DNA of 64,000 nt, taken from NCBI GenBank assembly GCA_977017575.1, contig CDRNVI010000150.1, positions 6,969-70,968 on the forward strand, in the 5' to 3' direction. The notes beneath the pieces were generated by a model that did no database searches, was not told the origin of the DNA, and saw nothing but the letters and a program-made list of their open reading frames with translations. Of the stretch, positions 47,669 through 60,191 are shown one piece after another (the first letter of the stretch is position 1; every line of letters starts with the position of its first letter). Source of the stretch: Paramoeba atlantica (taxonomy: Eukaryota; Protista; Discosea). The position numbers and the translations under genes are program-made.

Positions 47669-48633
47669 ATGAGCGAAAAAAGAGGAAAGAGAAAGAGAGG
47701 AGAAACAAAATTGGAAACTGAGAAAAAGAGAAAAACCAAAAGAGGAAAGAAAGAGAAAGAAGATCAAACAACAGATAGTGGTTATGAAGAAGGAGAAGGA
47801 GAAGGAGCCGGAGAAAGAGAAGGAGTGGTGATTCGATTCATTTTGTTTCTTCTTTTCCTTTGAAGAAAGGAGCTTTGGGAGTGAGTGTGAACAGTGATGG
47901 GAATATTTTTATTTGTGAAGATGACCGATTGAGAGTGAGAGATAAAGAAGGAAATGAGATGACAATCCAGAAAACAATTGATTCACTTCAGTTGGAACCG
48001 GTTGATGTTTCAATTGGATTGAATGATCAAATTGTTGTTCTTGATTGTTCTCAAGATTGTTATCAAGTTGTAATCTTGAATGAAGAAGGAGAATTGATCA
48101 AATCTTTTGGATCAGTTGGTTCTGAAGATGGTCAGTTTAATGAACCAAATGGTGTGGATGTGGATGAAGAAGGTCGAATTATTGTTGCTGACTTTGGAAA
48201 TAATCGAATTCAAGTGTTTGATAATGATGGATCTTTTCTTTGTTCTTTTGGTTCGAAAGGTTCTTCTGAAGGTCAATTTGATACACCTTCGCATGTTGTA
48301 GTTGATAGAGATGGGAATATTGTTATTTCTGATACTTGGAATCATCGGATTCAAGTGATGGATATTGAAGGGAATTTTATTCGATGTTTTGGAACAGAAG
48401 GTTCAGGTGATTCTCAATTACGTTATCCAAGAGGTGTTGGTGTGGATGGGGAAGGTAGAATTATTGTTTGTGAAGAAGGAAATGAAAGGGTGAGTGTATT
48501 TGAGAAAGATGGAACATTTCTTTTTTCGTTTGGTCAAGATCGCATGAAAGATCCTCAAGGGATCGCTATTGATGCATTTGGAACAATTATTGTTTCAAAT
48601 TTTAGGAACAAGTCGATTGACTTGTGGAAATAA
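47669..48633 (+). pseudogene. Internally deleted TRIM-NHL copy: N-terminal tail fused out of frame to an intact NHL-propeller region
   Basis: ATG 47669 (MSEKRGKRKRGETKLE, nearly identical to T4) runs to GTGGTGAT (47825-47832) and joins directly to the NHL start (GDSIHFVSSFPL in another frame). RING, intron, B-boxes and coiled coil are absent. The upstream frame stops at 47863; the NHL frame stays open to 48633. Confidence 0.8.
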
Positions 48634-49746
48634 CTTTGAAGAATCAGGTTTTCTTTTTGATTCACAATATTTTTGTTCTTTTTAAAATTGTTCTCATTTT
48701 GTGTATTTTGGTTTGATTTTTTTCATTCATCCGGTATTGAGTGATTCATACCTTCTTTTCCCTCTCTCCCTCCTCTCTCCCTCCTCTCTTTCTCTTTCCT
48801 TCCCTCCCTTTTCTTTCCTTTTAGTCTCTGGTGCATGATGTTGGTGTTCTTCTTCCCAATTTTTCCCTTTGATTTTATCCTCCTTCTTTCAAAACCTTTT
48901 TCGATTTTCATCAAGACCAAGAATGACTCTTCTTTCTTTCTCCCTCACTTCACTCCCTTTGTGTGTGTTTCTCATCTCTTTCTTTCTTCTTCTTCTTTCT
49001 TTCCTTCTTTCTTTCTTCATCTCTCAAAATTATTGATTTTGGGATTGGGGGGGGAGTTTTCTCAGTTGTGGAATAATATTATTCTCAATGATTTTTTTAT
49101 TAAAATTTCTTTTTTCCCAAAAATTGTGTTTTCTCTCCTTCACTCAACCAAAATATTATTCCTTCTTTCCCAACAACAAAAAAAAGAAAAAAAAAGTTGT
49201 TTTTGAGAATGTTGATTTTGTATTGAAATTCATTCCACAAAAAGAACAGAAAAAATCAAAAAAAAAATCAAAAAAATCTCAACACTTGAAGAAAACAAAA
49301 AAAAAAGAAAATATTAAAAAAAAACAAAAGAAAAAAAAGAGAATTTCACTAACTCAACACACAACAAAAAAACACAAAAGAGAGAGGAGAAGCAAAAATT
49401 GAGAAGATTTTTTGAAGGATAAAAATCAAATCGAAATTGAAGAGGAATGATGATTTGGAAAGAAGAAGACCATGCAGTTCTCCAGACTAAAAGGAGGAAG
49501 GGAGGAAGAGGAAGGGGAAAGAGAAATTAATTTCTTCCAAAAACAAGAAAAAAAAGGAAAACAAAAAGAACAAAAATAATAAATTGACACAAAAAATAAA
49601 ACAAATCAAAAACAAAAAAAGAAAAAAAGAAAAAAAAAAAAACAAAGAAACACCTCCCCACTTCTCATTTTCAAGGAAAACAAAATAAAGAGAAAAGAAA
49701 ATGAAAAAAAAAACGAACCCTCTTCCCTCCTCCTCTCTTCAAAAAA

Positions 49747-52018
49747 TTATTTCCACAGTTCGATTGTATTTTTCTTCCAATCAGAAACAATAATTGTTCC
49801 AAATGAATCAACAACAATCCCAGTAGGATACTTCATGTGGTGTTGACCAAACGAAAAAAGAAATGTTCCATCTTTCTCAAACACACTCACTCTTTTATTT
49901 CCTGTATCACAAACAACAATTCTACCTTCCCCATCAACAGCAACACTTCTTGGACAATCGAATTGAGAATCATCTGAACCTTCTGTTCCAAAACATCGAA
50001 TAAAATTCCCTTCAATATCCATCACTTGAATCCGATGATTCAAACAATCACAAATAACAAGATTCCCATCTCCATCAACTACACCACAATAAGGTTCATT
50101 AAATTGACCTTTAGAAGAACCAAATGAACCAAAAGAATGAAGAAAAGATCCATCATTATCAAACACTTGGATTCGATGATTGGAAGTATCAGCAACAATA
50201 ATTCGACCTTCTTCATCCACATCCACACCATATGGTTCATTAAACTGACCATCTTCATCACCTTTTGATCCAAAAGAGTTGATCAATTCTCCTTCTTTGT
50301 TTAAGATTACAACTCGATGAGAATCTTGAGACCAATTAAGAACAACAATTTGATCATCCAATCCAATTGAAACATCAACAGGTTCCAACTGAAGTGAATC
50401 AATTGTTTTCTGAATTGTTGATTCAATCATCTCATTTCCTTCTTTATCTCTCACTCTCAATCGGTCATCTTCACAAATAAAAATATTCCCATCACTGTTC
50501 ACACTCACTCCAAAAGGTACATTCTCTAAAGGAAAAGAAGAAACAAAACGAATCGAATCACCACCACCATCACAACAAATCACTCCTTTCTTTGGTCCAA
50601 CAACACCTCCTTCAGAAACAATATCATTTGCAGTTTGAAGAAGAGTTGAAAAAAGTTGATCATCAAAAAAGAGAGAAACATCACACTCAGTTGTTGTTGT
50701 TGTTGTTGTTGGTGTGTTGGATAAACGAATAATTGAATCTTTTCTTATTCTCAAATCTTCTTTCTCTAATTCTATTTCTTTCTTTTCAATTCTTTTCTTT
50801 TCTAATTTCTCTTCTAATTCTTTCATTTCTCTTTCAATTCTTTTTCTTTTCTTTTCAATAAAAATCAATCTTCTATCCAATCTATCTCCAATCTTTACAA
50901 CTTCATTCCTTTTCTCCAAAATACTTTCTTCAATTGATTTTACTTTCTTTCTGTGATCATCATGTGTACCAAGAATACAACAAATACAAACAAAAGAAGA
51001 ACATTGAAAACAATATCCCCAAATTGTTTCAGATGGGTGTTTTGAACATTCTCTCTTCTTCAAATTCTCCAATCCCACTCCCATCACCACCCCCTCCTCC
51101 TCCAATCTTCTTCTTCTTCCACCTCCCTCAACACCATCTCTTTCAGATCGGTTGTGATTTCGAGAGAAAATAGTTGAGGTGTGAGATGGATCACAAGAAT
51201 CACAAATAAACATGTTACAATCAGAACAATACATTCGAGTTTGTTCTCCACACGTTTCGAAATTCACACATTCTCCATTTCCTGTTCAAAAAATATGTTA
51301 TTCAACAATTTGAAATAGCTTTTTTTCAAAAAAAAGAGGAAAGAAAGAAAGGAAATAGAGGAAAGAAAGAGAGGGAGTTCAAAAAATGGAAATAAAAACC
51401 TGATTGATTGGAGAAAGAGATCAAATTTGAAGAAAGAAGAACATCAATCGTTTCTGGAATCAAATAATTCATCGAAAATGTTTCAACGCTTTCACATTCA
51501 TTCATTTCTCGACAAACTGGACATTTCACTCCTTTCAAAGAGGAAGGAGAGGGAGAAGAAGAGGAGGAAGAAGAGGAAGAAGAAGAAGAAGAGGAAGAAG
51601 GATTTTGAAGAAGAAAGAGATTGTTGAGACAAGGAAAACAAAAAGAAAGACCACAACAAGGTAACAACCTTGGTTCTTTTTCCCAATTCATCAACTCCAA
51701 ACATATCCCACATTCAAATCTTTTCTTTTTCTCTTCTTCTTCCTTTCTTCTTCTTTTCATCCCCTCTTCTTCTCCTTCTCTTTCCCTTCCTTGTTCTCTC
51801 TTTCCAAGAACATCCTCACTTCTTTTTCTTTCTTTTTGTTCTATTTCATCATCATCTTTAATCACAACAACATCAACATCTTCTTCTTCAATCACAACAA
51901 CAACAACATCATCATCAAGAGGAATTTGTTCTTTCTTTCCTCTTTTTAATTTTTCCCCCTCCTCCTCACTCGCACTTCTCACCACTTCTATCTTTCTCTT
52001 TCCTCTTTGATCACTCAT
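49747..52018 (-). CDS. TRIM-NHL-like protein T2; 2 exons
   Basis: ATG 52018 (MSDQRGKRK). Exon 1 ends at 51400 (RING). Phase-1 intron 51399-51282. Exon 2 has the B-boxes, coiled coil and NHL, ending ..NTIELWK*. Confidence 0.9.
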
Positions 52019-53348
52019 TTTATCTTCTTTTTTTAATCTCTCTCTCTCCAAATCAAAACAACACCTTTTTCAACGAAAATATATTTAAATGATGAGAGTT
52101 GTTGCTGAGAAGTTCAAGTGGGTGTGTGTGTGTATCAAGAGAGTTCTCTTTTTAAATAAGAGAATTGGTCGCTCTGTGTTAATATCATTTTTAGTGTCCA
52201 AATCAAAGAAATGAAATTGTCAAAAGGGGTGAGAAAAAGAAGAAAATAAAAAAGGGGGATGAAAGGAGAATGGAAAAGGAAATGAAGGGAAAAAGAAACA
52301 AACAAAAACCAAACACAAAAAGAAGAAGAAAAAAAAAGCAAACATTCTCTTGAAAGAAGAAAGAGGGGAACAAAGGCTCGTTCAACGATCGTTGTATATC
52401 TCAAAACAAAAAGAGAAGAGAGAGAAAGAGAAAGAGAAGCAAAGGATTTGGTTTCCAAGAAAGAGATCTCTCTAAAACTCAACAAAAGAAAAGTTTTTTT
52501 TTGAAGACAACTCAAACAGAGAGAGAGAGAGAGAGAATGAGAGAAGAGGGAGACAAAGAAGAGAGAGAGACCCTCCAAACGAAAAAGGAGAGAGAGAGAG
52601 AGAGAGAAAGGTCCAAAATGAAGACACAGGCAACTGAAGAGGGACAAACGAAAACGAGAGAGAGGGAAGAAAAGGAAACAGAAAAAAACACAAAAGAAAA
52701 AAGAAAGGGTCCGAAAAGACGATTCAAAACTTTTTAAACATCTGAAAAAAACCTTCTTTTTTTTTGTTTTTCCTCTCTTCTGTGTCTTCTCTCTCCCTCT
52801 TTCTCTCTCTGTCTCTCTCCTTCCCCTCTCTTGTGTTGTGTCTTTTTTTTGTTTTTCTTTCTGATGGAGGGGGAGGGGGAGGAATAAAACTTTTTGGTTG
52901 ATCAAATGAGGGTAATTTTTTTCAATCTTTGGGAAAAAGGAAATTTTAATAATTATTAAAAATGAGAATATTACTCCCCCAAAGGATGAAGAACTTCAAC
53001 CCACCCCAAAATCAAAACAAAGAAAGAGAAGAAAATAGAAGAAAAACAACAACATTGAAGAATGAAAGAAGAAAGAAGAGAGATGGGAAACACAAAAAAA
53101 GGTGTCAAAGGGAGGAGAGAGAGAAGAGTCATCAATTGGTGTGGAGAAATCGAAAGCGGAAAAGAAGGAGAACCAAAAAAGCGAAGATTGGGAGCGAAAA
53201 GACCGCGCAGTCTCTGGAAACTAAACACCCTCAAAAGAAGAAGAAGGGAGAGAATTATAAAATCCTACAAAAAAATGAGAAAAAAAAGAAATTCAAAAAA
53301 AAGGAGAAAAGGAAATGAAAAAAGAAAAAATAAACCTTCCTCCTCTCT

Positions 53349-55626
53349 TCAAAATGATTTCCAAAATTCAATTGAATTTTTCTCAAAATCTGAAATAATA
53401 ATTGTTCCAAATGAATCAACAACAACCCCAGAAGGCTCTTTTATGTGATGTTGACCAAACGAAAAAAGAAATGTTCCATCTTCTCAAACACACTCACCCT
53501 TTTGTTTCTGTTTCCTGCATCACAAACAATAATTCTACCTTCCCCATCCACAGCAACACCTACACAACCGAATTGAGAATCACCTGAACCAAATGTTCCA
53601 AAACATCGAATAAAATTCCCTTCAATATCCATCACTTGAATCCGATGATTCCCAAAATCAGAAATAACAATATTCCCATCTCTATCAACTCCAACACTGT
53701 AAGGTCGATCAAATTGACCTTCAGAAGAACCATAAGAACCAAAAGAACGAAGAAAAGATCCATCATTATCAAATACTTCAATTCGATCATTTCCAGAGTC
53801 AGCAACAATAATTCGACCTTCTTCATCCACATCCACACCATATGGTTCCTCAAACTGACCATCTTCAGAACCAACTGATCCAAAAGATTTGATCAATTCT
53901 CCTTCTTTGTTTAAGATTACAACTCGATAACAATCTTGAGAACAATCAAGAACAACAATTTGATCATCCAATCCAATTGAAACATCAACCGGTTCCAACT
54001 GAAGTGAATCAATTGTTTTCTGAATTGGTGATTCAATCATCTCATTTCCTTCTTTATCTCTCACTCTCAATCCACCCTCACCTCCACAAATAAAAATATT
54101 CCCATCACTGTTCACACTCATTCCATAAGGAGAATTCTTCAAAGGAAAAGAAGAAACAAAACGAAAAGAATCACCACCACCATCACAACAAATCACTCCT
54201 TTCTTTGGTTTGAGTAATCCAACAACACCTCCTTCAGAAACAATATCATTTGCAGTTTGAAGAAGAGTTGAAAAAAGTTGATCATCAAAAAAGAGAGAAA
54301 CATCACAATCAGTTGTTGTTGTTGTTGTTGTTGTTGTTGGTGTGTTGGATAAACGAATAATTGAATCTTTTCTTATTCTCAAATCTTCTTTCTCTAATTC
54401 TATTTCTTTCTTTTCAATTCTTTTCTTTTCTAATTTCTCTTCTAATTCTTTCATTTCTTCTTCAATCCTTTTTCTTTTCTTTTCAATAAAAATCAATCTT
54501 CTATCCAATCTCTCTCCAATCTTTACAACTTCATTCCTTTTCTCCAAAATACTTTCTTCAATCGATTTCACTTTCTCAATGTGATCATCATGTGTTTGAA
54601 GAATACAACGAGGACAAACAAAAGAAAAACATTGAAAACAATATCCCCAAATTGTTTCAGATGGGTGTTTTGAACATTCTCTCTTCTTCAAATTCTCCAA
54701 TCCCATCACTCCCACCACCCCCTCCTTCTCCAATCTTCTTCTTCTTCCACCTCCCTCAACACCATCTCTTTCAGATCGTTTGTGATTTCGAGAGAAAATG
54801 TTTGAAGTGTGAGATGGATCACAAGAATCACAAATAAAGACTTTACAATCAGAACAATACATTTGAGTTCGTTCTCTGCATGTTTCGAAATTCACACATC
54901 TTCTTTGAATGGCGACTTCTCCTGCTTTGTTTTTTTCTTGATAAAAACGAAAAACTAAGTCAGTGAAGGCGAAATAACTTTCTCTCAAAAAAAAAAATCC
55001 AAAAAAAAAAATCGTTGGAGGAAAAAGTAAAAAACCTGAAGTTCAAAAAAATGGAAATAAAAACCTGATTGTTGGGAGAAAGAAATCAAATTTGAAGAAA
55101 GAAGAATATCAATTGTTTCTGGAATCAAATAATTCATCGAAAGTGTTTCAACGCTTTCACATTCGTTCATTTCTCTACAAACTGGACATTTCACTCCTTT
55201 TAGAGAGGGTGAAGATGAAGAGGGAGATGGGGAAGAAGAAGAGGAAGAGGAAGAGGAGGAAGGAGGATTTTGAAGAAGAAAGAGTTTGTTGAGACAAAGA
55301 GAGCAAAAAGAAAGACCACAACAAGGTAACAACCTTGGTTCTTTTTCCCAACTCATTAACTCCAAACATATTCCACATTCAAATCTTTTCTTTTTCTCTT
55401 CTTCTTCTCTTCTTCTCATCATCACCACTTCTTCTCTTTCTCCTTCTTCTTCTTTTCCAAGAACATCCTCACTTCTTCTTTCTATTTGTTCTTTTTCATC
55501 ATTCTCCCCAACCACAACAACATCAAGATTACTTTGTTCTTTCTTTCCTCTCTTTGATTTTCTTTTCCCCTCCTCACCCCCACTTCTCACCACTTTTCTC
55601 TTTCTCTTTCCTCTTTGATCACTCAT
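53349..55626 (-). CDS. TRIM-NHL-like protein T3 with a 1-bp frameshift in the last NHL blade (possible pseudogene or assembly error)
   Basis: ATG 55626; intron 55064-54922. At about 53481 the sequence reads GAGAAGATGGA where paralogues have GAGAAAGATGGA, so the frame stops at 53441. The restored frame reads DGTFLFSFGQHHIKEPSGVVVDSFGTIIISDFEKNSIEFWKSF* to 53349. Confidence 0.8.
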
Positions 55627-56703
55627 TTTATCTTCTTTTTTAATCTCTCTCTCTCCAAATCAAAACAACACCTTTTCGAATCAAAATAGTCAATGAGAGT
55701 TGTTGAGAGATAAGAGGATGATTTCTCTGTGTTTCTCTCATTTTAGAAGTCACAAGAAAGGAAAGGAAAATGAAGGAAGAAAAGAAATAATAAACCTAAC
55801 CACACCTTTACAATTCGAGGAAGAGAGAAGAGTTTGTTGTGTGAATGTGTTTTGTTGAAAGAGAAGAGGGTGCTTCTGTTCAATTTGAAAGAGAGATGAA
55901 AGAAGATCAAAAGATGAGATGACATTTCAAAATATAAAAAAGGAAGGGAAAGAAAATGGAAAGTTTTAAAAGAAAAAAACAAAACATTTGAAGAATCCAA
56001 AAAGAGAAATCAAAAAACAAAAACAAACAGAAAAAGAAAAGATGAAAAAACAAACATTCCCTTTGATAACAAGAGGGGGGAAATGGGGAACACACAAAAG
56101 TCAACGTCGTCGAAAAATAACACAGGAGAAGGATGAGAGAGAGAGAAGAGAGAGAAGAGAGAAAGGAGAGAAGAAAGAGAGAGAAGACACAGAAGAGAGG
56201 AAAAACAAAAAAAGAGAAGAGAAAGAGGAAGAGAGAGGGAAGAGAGAGGGAAGAGGAAAAACAAAAAACAAAAAAAAAAAGAAAGTTTTTTCAGATGTTT
56301 AAAAAGTTTTGAATCGTCTTTTCGGACCCTTTCTTTTTTCTTTTTCTCACTTTCTGTTTCCTTTTCTTCCCTCTCTCTCTCAATTTTCGTTTGGGGGTCT
56401 TTTTTTTGGACCTTCTCCTCCTCTCTTCCCTCTCTCTCTCCTTTTTTACAAAGAAGAGTCTCTTCCTCTTCTCCGTCTCTCTCCTCTCTCTCTCCTCTCT
56501 CTCTTTGATTGGGAATTGGTTTCTTCTCCATTGTTCCTCATTTCATTTTTTGTGTTTTGTTTTGGCAGCAACAGTCTCTCTCTGTGTGGTTGGGATAGTT
56601 TTGGTTTGATTTTTCTTTTTGGGGTGTTTTGTTTGTTCTTTTCGTTGCTTTTTCTTCTTTTTTTGTTGTTGATTTATCTCTTTTCCCACACAGAGAGACA
56701 AAA

Positions 56704-58978
56704 ATGAGCGAAAATAGAGGAAAGAGAAAGAGAGGAGAAACAGAATTAGAAACTGAGAAAAAGAGAGAAACCAAAAAAGGAAAGAAAGAGGAAGAAGAAC
56801 AAACAACAGATCGTTGTGGTGGTGATGATGTTGTTGTGATTGAAGAGAACGATGGTGATGTTGAAAAAGAACAAAGAGAAGAAAGAGAAGAAGGAGAAAG
56901 AGAAGGAGTGGTGATGAAAAGAAGAAAAAAGGAAGAAGAAGAGAAAAAGAAAAGATTTGAATGTGGAATATGTTTGGAGTTAATGAGTTGGGAAAAAGAA
57001 CCAAGGTTGTTACCTTGTTGTGGTCTTTCTTTTTGTACTCTTTGTCTTAACAAACTCTTTCTTCTTCAAAATCCTCCCTCTCCTTCTTCTCCCTCTTCCT
57101 CTTCTTCTTCTCCCTCTCCCTCTCCTTGTTTCTCTTCTCCTTCCTATTCTTCCTCTCCCTCTTTGAAAGGAGTGAAATGTCCTGTTTGTCGAGAAATGAA
57201 CGAATGTGAAAACGTTGAAACACTTTCGATGAATTATTTGATTCCAGAAACGATTGATGTTCTTCTTTCTTCAAATTTGATTTCTTTCTCCAATCAATCA
57301 GGTTTTTATTTCCATTTTTTGAACTTCCTCTCTTTCTTCCCTCTCTTTTCTTTCTTTCTTTCCTCTTTTTTTTGAAAAAAAGCTATTTCAAATTGTTGAA
57401 AAACCTATTTTTTGAACAGGAAATGGTGGATCAGAATGTGTGAATTTCGAAATGTGTGGAGAACAAACTCAAATGTATTGTTCTGATTGTAAAATGTTTA
57501 TTTGTGATTCTTGTGATCCATCTCACACTTCAACTATTTTCACTCAAAATCACAAACGATCTGAAAGAGATGGTGTTGAGGGAGGTGGAAGAAGAAGAAG
57601 ATTGGAGGAGGAGGGAGGGGTGGTGGGAGTGATGGGATTGGAGAATTTGAAGAAGAGAGAATGTTCAAAACACCCATCTGAAACAATTTGTGGATATTGT
57701 TTTCAATGTTCTTCTTTTGTTTGTACTCGTTGTGTTCTTCAAACACATGATGATCACAGAAAGAAAGTGAAATCAATTGAAGAAAGTATTTTGGAGAAAA
57801 GGGATGAAGTTGTGAAGATTGGAGATAAATTGGAGAAAAGATTGATTTTTATTGAAAAGAAAAGAAAAAGGATTGAAAAAGAAATGAAAGAATTAGAAGA
57901 GAAATTAGAAAAGAAAAGAATTGAAAAGAAAGAAATAGAATTGGAGAAAGAAGATTTGAGAATAAGAAAAGATTCAATTATTCGTTTATCCAACACACCA
58001 ACAACAACAACAACAACAACAACAACTGATTGTGATGTTTCTCTCTTTTTTGATGATCAACTTTTTTCAACTCTTCTTCAAACTGCAAACGATATTGTTT
58101 CTGAGGGTGGGTTACTCAAACCAAAGAAAGGAGTGATTTGTTGTGATGGTGGTGGTGATTCTTTTCGTGTTGTTTCTTCTTTTGCTTTAGAGAATGTACC
58201 TTTTGGAGTGAGTGTGAACAGTGATGGGAATATTTTTATTTGTGAAGGTGAGGGTGGATTGAGAGTGAGAGATAAAGAAGGAAATGAGATGATTGAATCA
58301 CCAATTCAGAAAACAATTGATTCACATCGATTGAAACCTGTTGATGTTTCAATTGGATTGAATGATCAAATTGTTGTTCTTGATTGTTCTCAATATTCTC
58401 GTAGAGTTGTAATATTAAACAAAGAAGGAGAATTGATCAAATCTTTTGGATCATATGGTTCTGAAGCTGGTCAATTTAATGAACCATATGGTGTGGATGT
58501 GGATGAAGAAGGTCGAATTATTGTTGCAGATACTTTGAATCATCGAATTCAAGTGTTTGATAATGATGGATCTTTTCTTCGTTCTTTTGGTTCAGAAGGT
58601 TCTTCTGAAGGTCAACTTGATACACCTTCTCGTGTTGTAGTTGATAGAGATGGGAATATTGTTATTTGTGATTGTTTGAATCATCGGATTCAAGTGATGG
58701 ATATTGAAGGGAATTTTATTCGATGTTTTGGAACATATGGTTCAGGTGATTCTCAATTGAACCAGCCAGAAGGTGTTGAAGTTGATGGGGAAGGTAGAAT
58801 TGTTGTTTGTGATTCAGGAAATGGAAGAGTGAGTGTGTTTGAGAAAGATGGAACATTTCTTTTTTCGTTTGGTCAACATCACATGAAGAGACCTTATGGG
58901 ATTGTTGTTGATTCATTTGGAACAATTATTGTTTCAGATTATGAGAAAAATACAATTGAATTTTGGAAATCATTTTGA
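56704..58978 (+). CDS. TRIM-NHL-like protein T4; 2 exons
   Basis: ATG 56704 (MSENRGKRKRGETELE). Exon 1 ends at 57301. Intron 57302-57419 (G|GTTTTT...GAACAG|GA). Exon 2 is in frame through to ..IEFWKSF*. Confidence 0.9.
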
Positions 58979-60191
58979 AAGAGATGGAGGTTTTTTTATT
59001 TTTATTATTTTTCATTTGTTTTTTGTGTTGTTGAAAGGTGGATGGAGGAGTGAAAAAGAATGTTTTTTTTCTTTTCTTTTGTTTTTTTTCTTTCAAAAAT
59101 ATTTTTGTTGTTTTAAAAATTGTTCTCATTTTTGAGTATTTTTGTTATTTTTTCATTCAGAATCAATTTATTTATTAACACCTTATTTTTCTCTCCTCCC
59201 CTTTTCCCTCCCTCTCCTCCCTCTCCTCCCTCCCTTTCTCTTTCTTTCTCTTTCCTTTTCTTTCTTTTTAGTTAGTCTCTTCTGGTGCACAAAATGTTGG
59301 GGTGTTCTTTGTTCCCAATTTTTCGCTTTGATTTTATTCTCCTTCTTTCAAAACCTTTTTTTCTTCGATTTGCTCCACAGACCAATAACGACTCTCTCTT
59401 TCTCTCCTCTCCTCCTCTCCCTCACTTCACTCTCCCTTTGTCTCTTTCTTATCTTCTCTCCTTCTTTCTTTCTTTCTTTCTCATTTTTGTTTGGTTTTGG
59501 TTGGGGTGGGGGGGAATTTTCTCAAATTCTTGATCCTTTTGTGGAATACTATTTCTCAATTGTTTTGTTGATTAAAATTTCCTTTCCTCCAAAAATTGTG
59601 TTTTCTCTCATTCACTCAACCAAAATATATGAATTCCTTCTTTCCCAACAACAAAAAAAAGAAAAAAAAAAGTTGTTTTTGAGAATGTTGAGTTTGTATT
59701 GAAATTCAAATAAAAAGAATAGAAAAGAACAGAAAAGAACAAAAAAGAAGAGGAAGAAGAGAGAATTTCACTAATTCAACACACAACAAAAAAAACACAA
59801 AAGAGAGAGGAGAAGCAAAAATTGAGAAAAGTTTTTGGAGAAGGATAAAAAATCGAATCGAAATTGAAGAAGAATGCTGATTTGGAAAGAAGAAGACCGT
59901 GCAGTTCTCCAGACTAAAAGGAGGAAGGGAGGAAGAGGAAGGGGAAAGAGAAATTAATTTCTTCCAAAAACAAGAAAAAAAGGAAAACAAAAAAAAAGAA
60001 CAAAAATAATAAATTGACACAAAAAATAAAACAAATCAAAAAGAAAAAAAAGAAAAAAAAGAAAAAAAAGAAAAAAAGAAATAAAGAAACAAAGAAACAC
60101 GTACACACTTCTCATTTTAAATGAAACAAAAGAAAGAGAAAGAAAATGAAAAAAAAAACGAACCTCTTTCCTCCCTCCTCTCTTCAAAAAA

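Noticed and set aside
52135-52905. 256-aa ORF and many similar F/L/S-rich or K/R/E-rich ORFs (e.g. 40640, 48835, 56010, 59142, 63173)
   Set aside because: These are translations of CT/GA microsatellite-rich introns and spacers, or antisense to real exons, with no domain signal.
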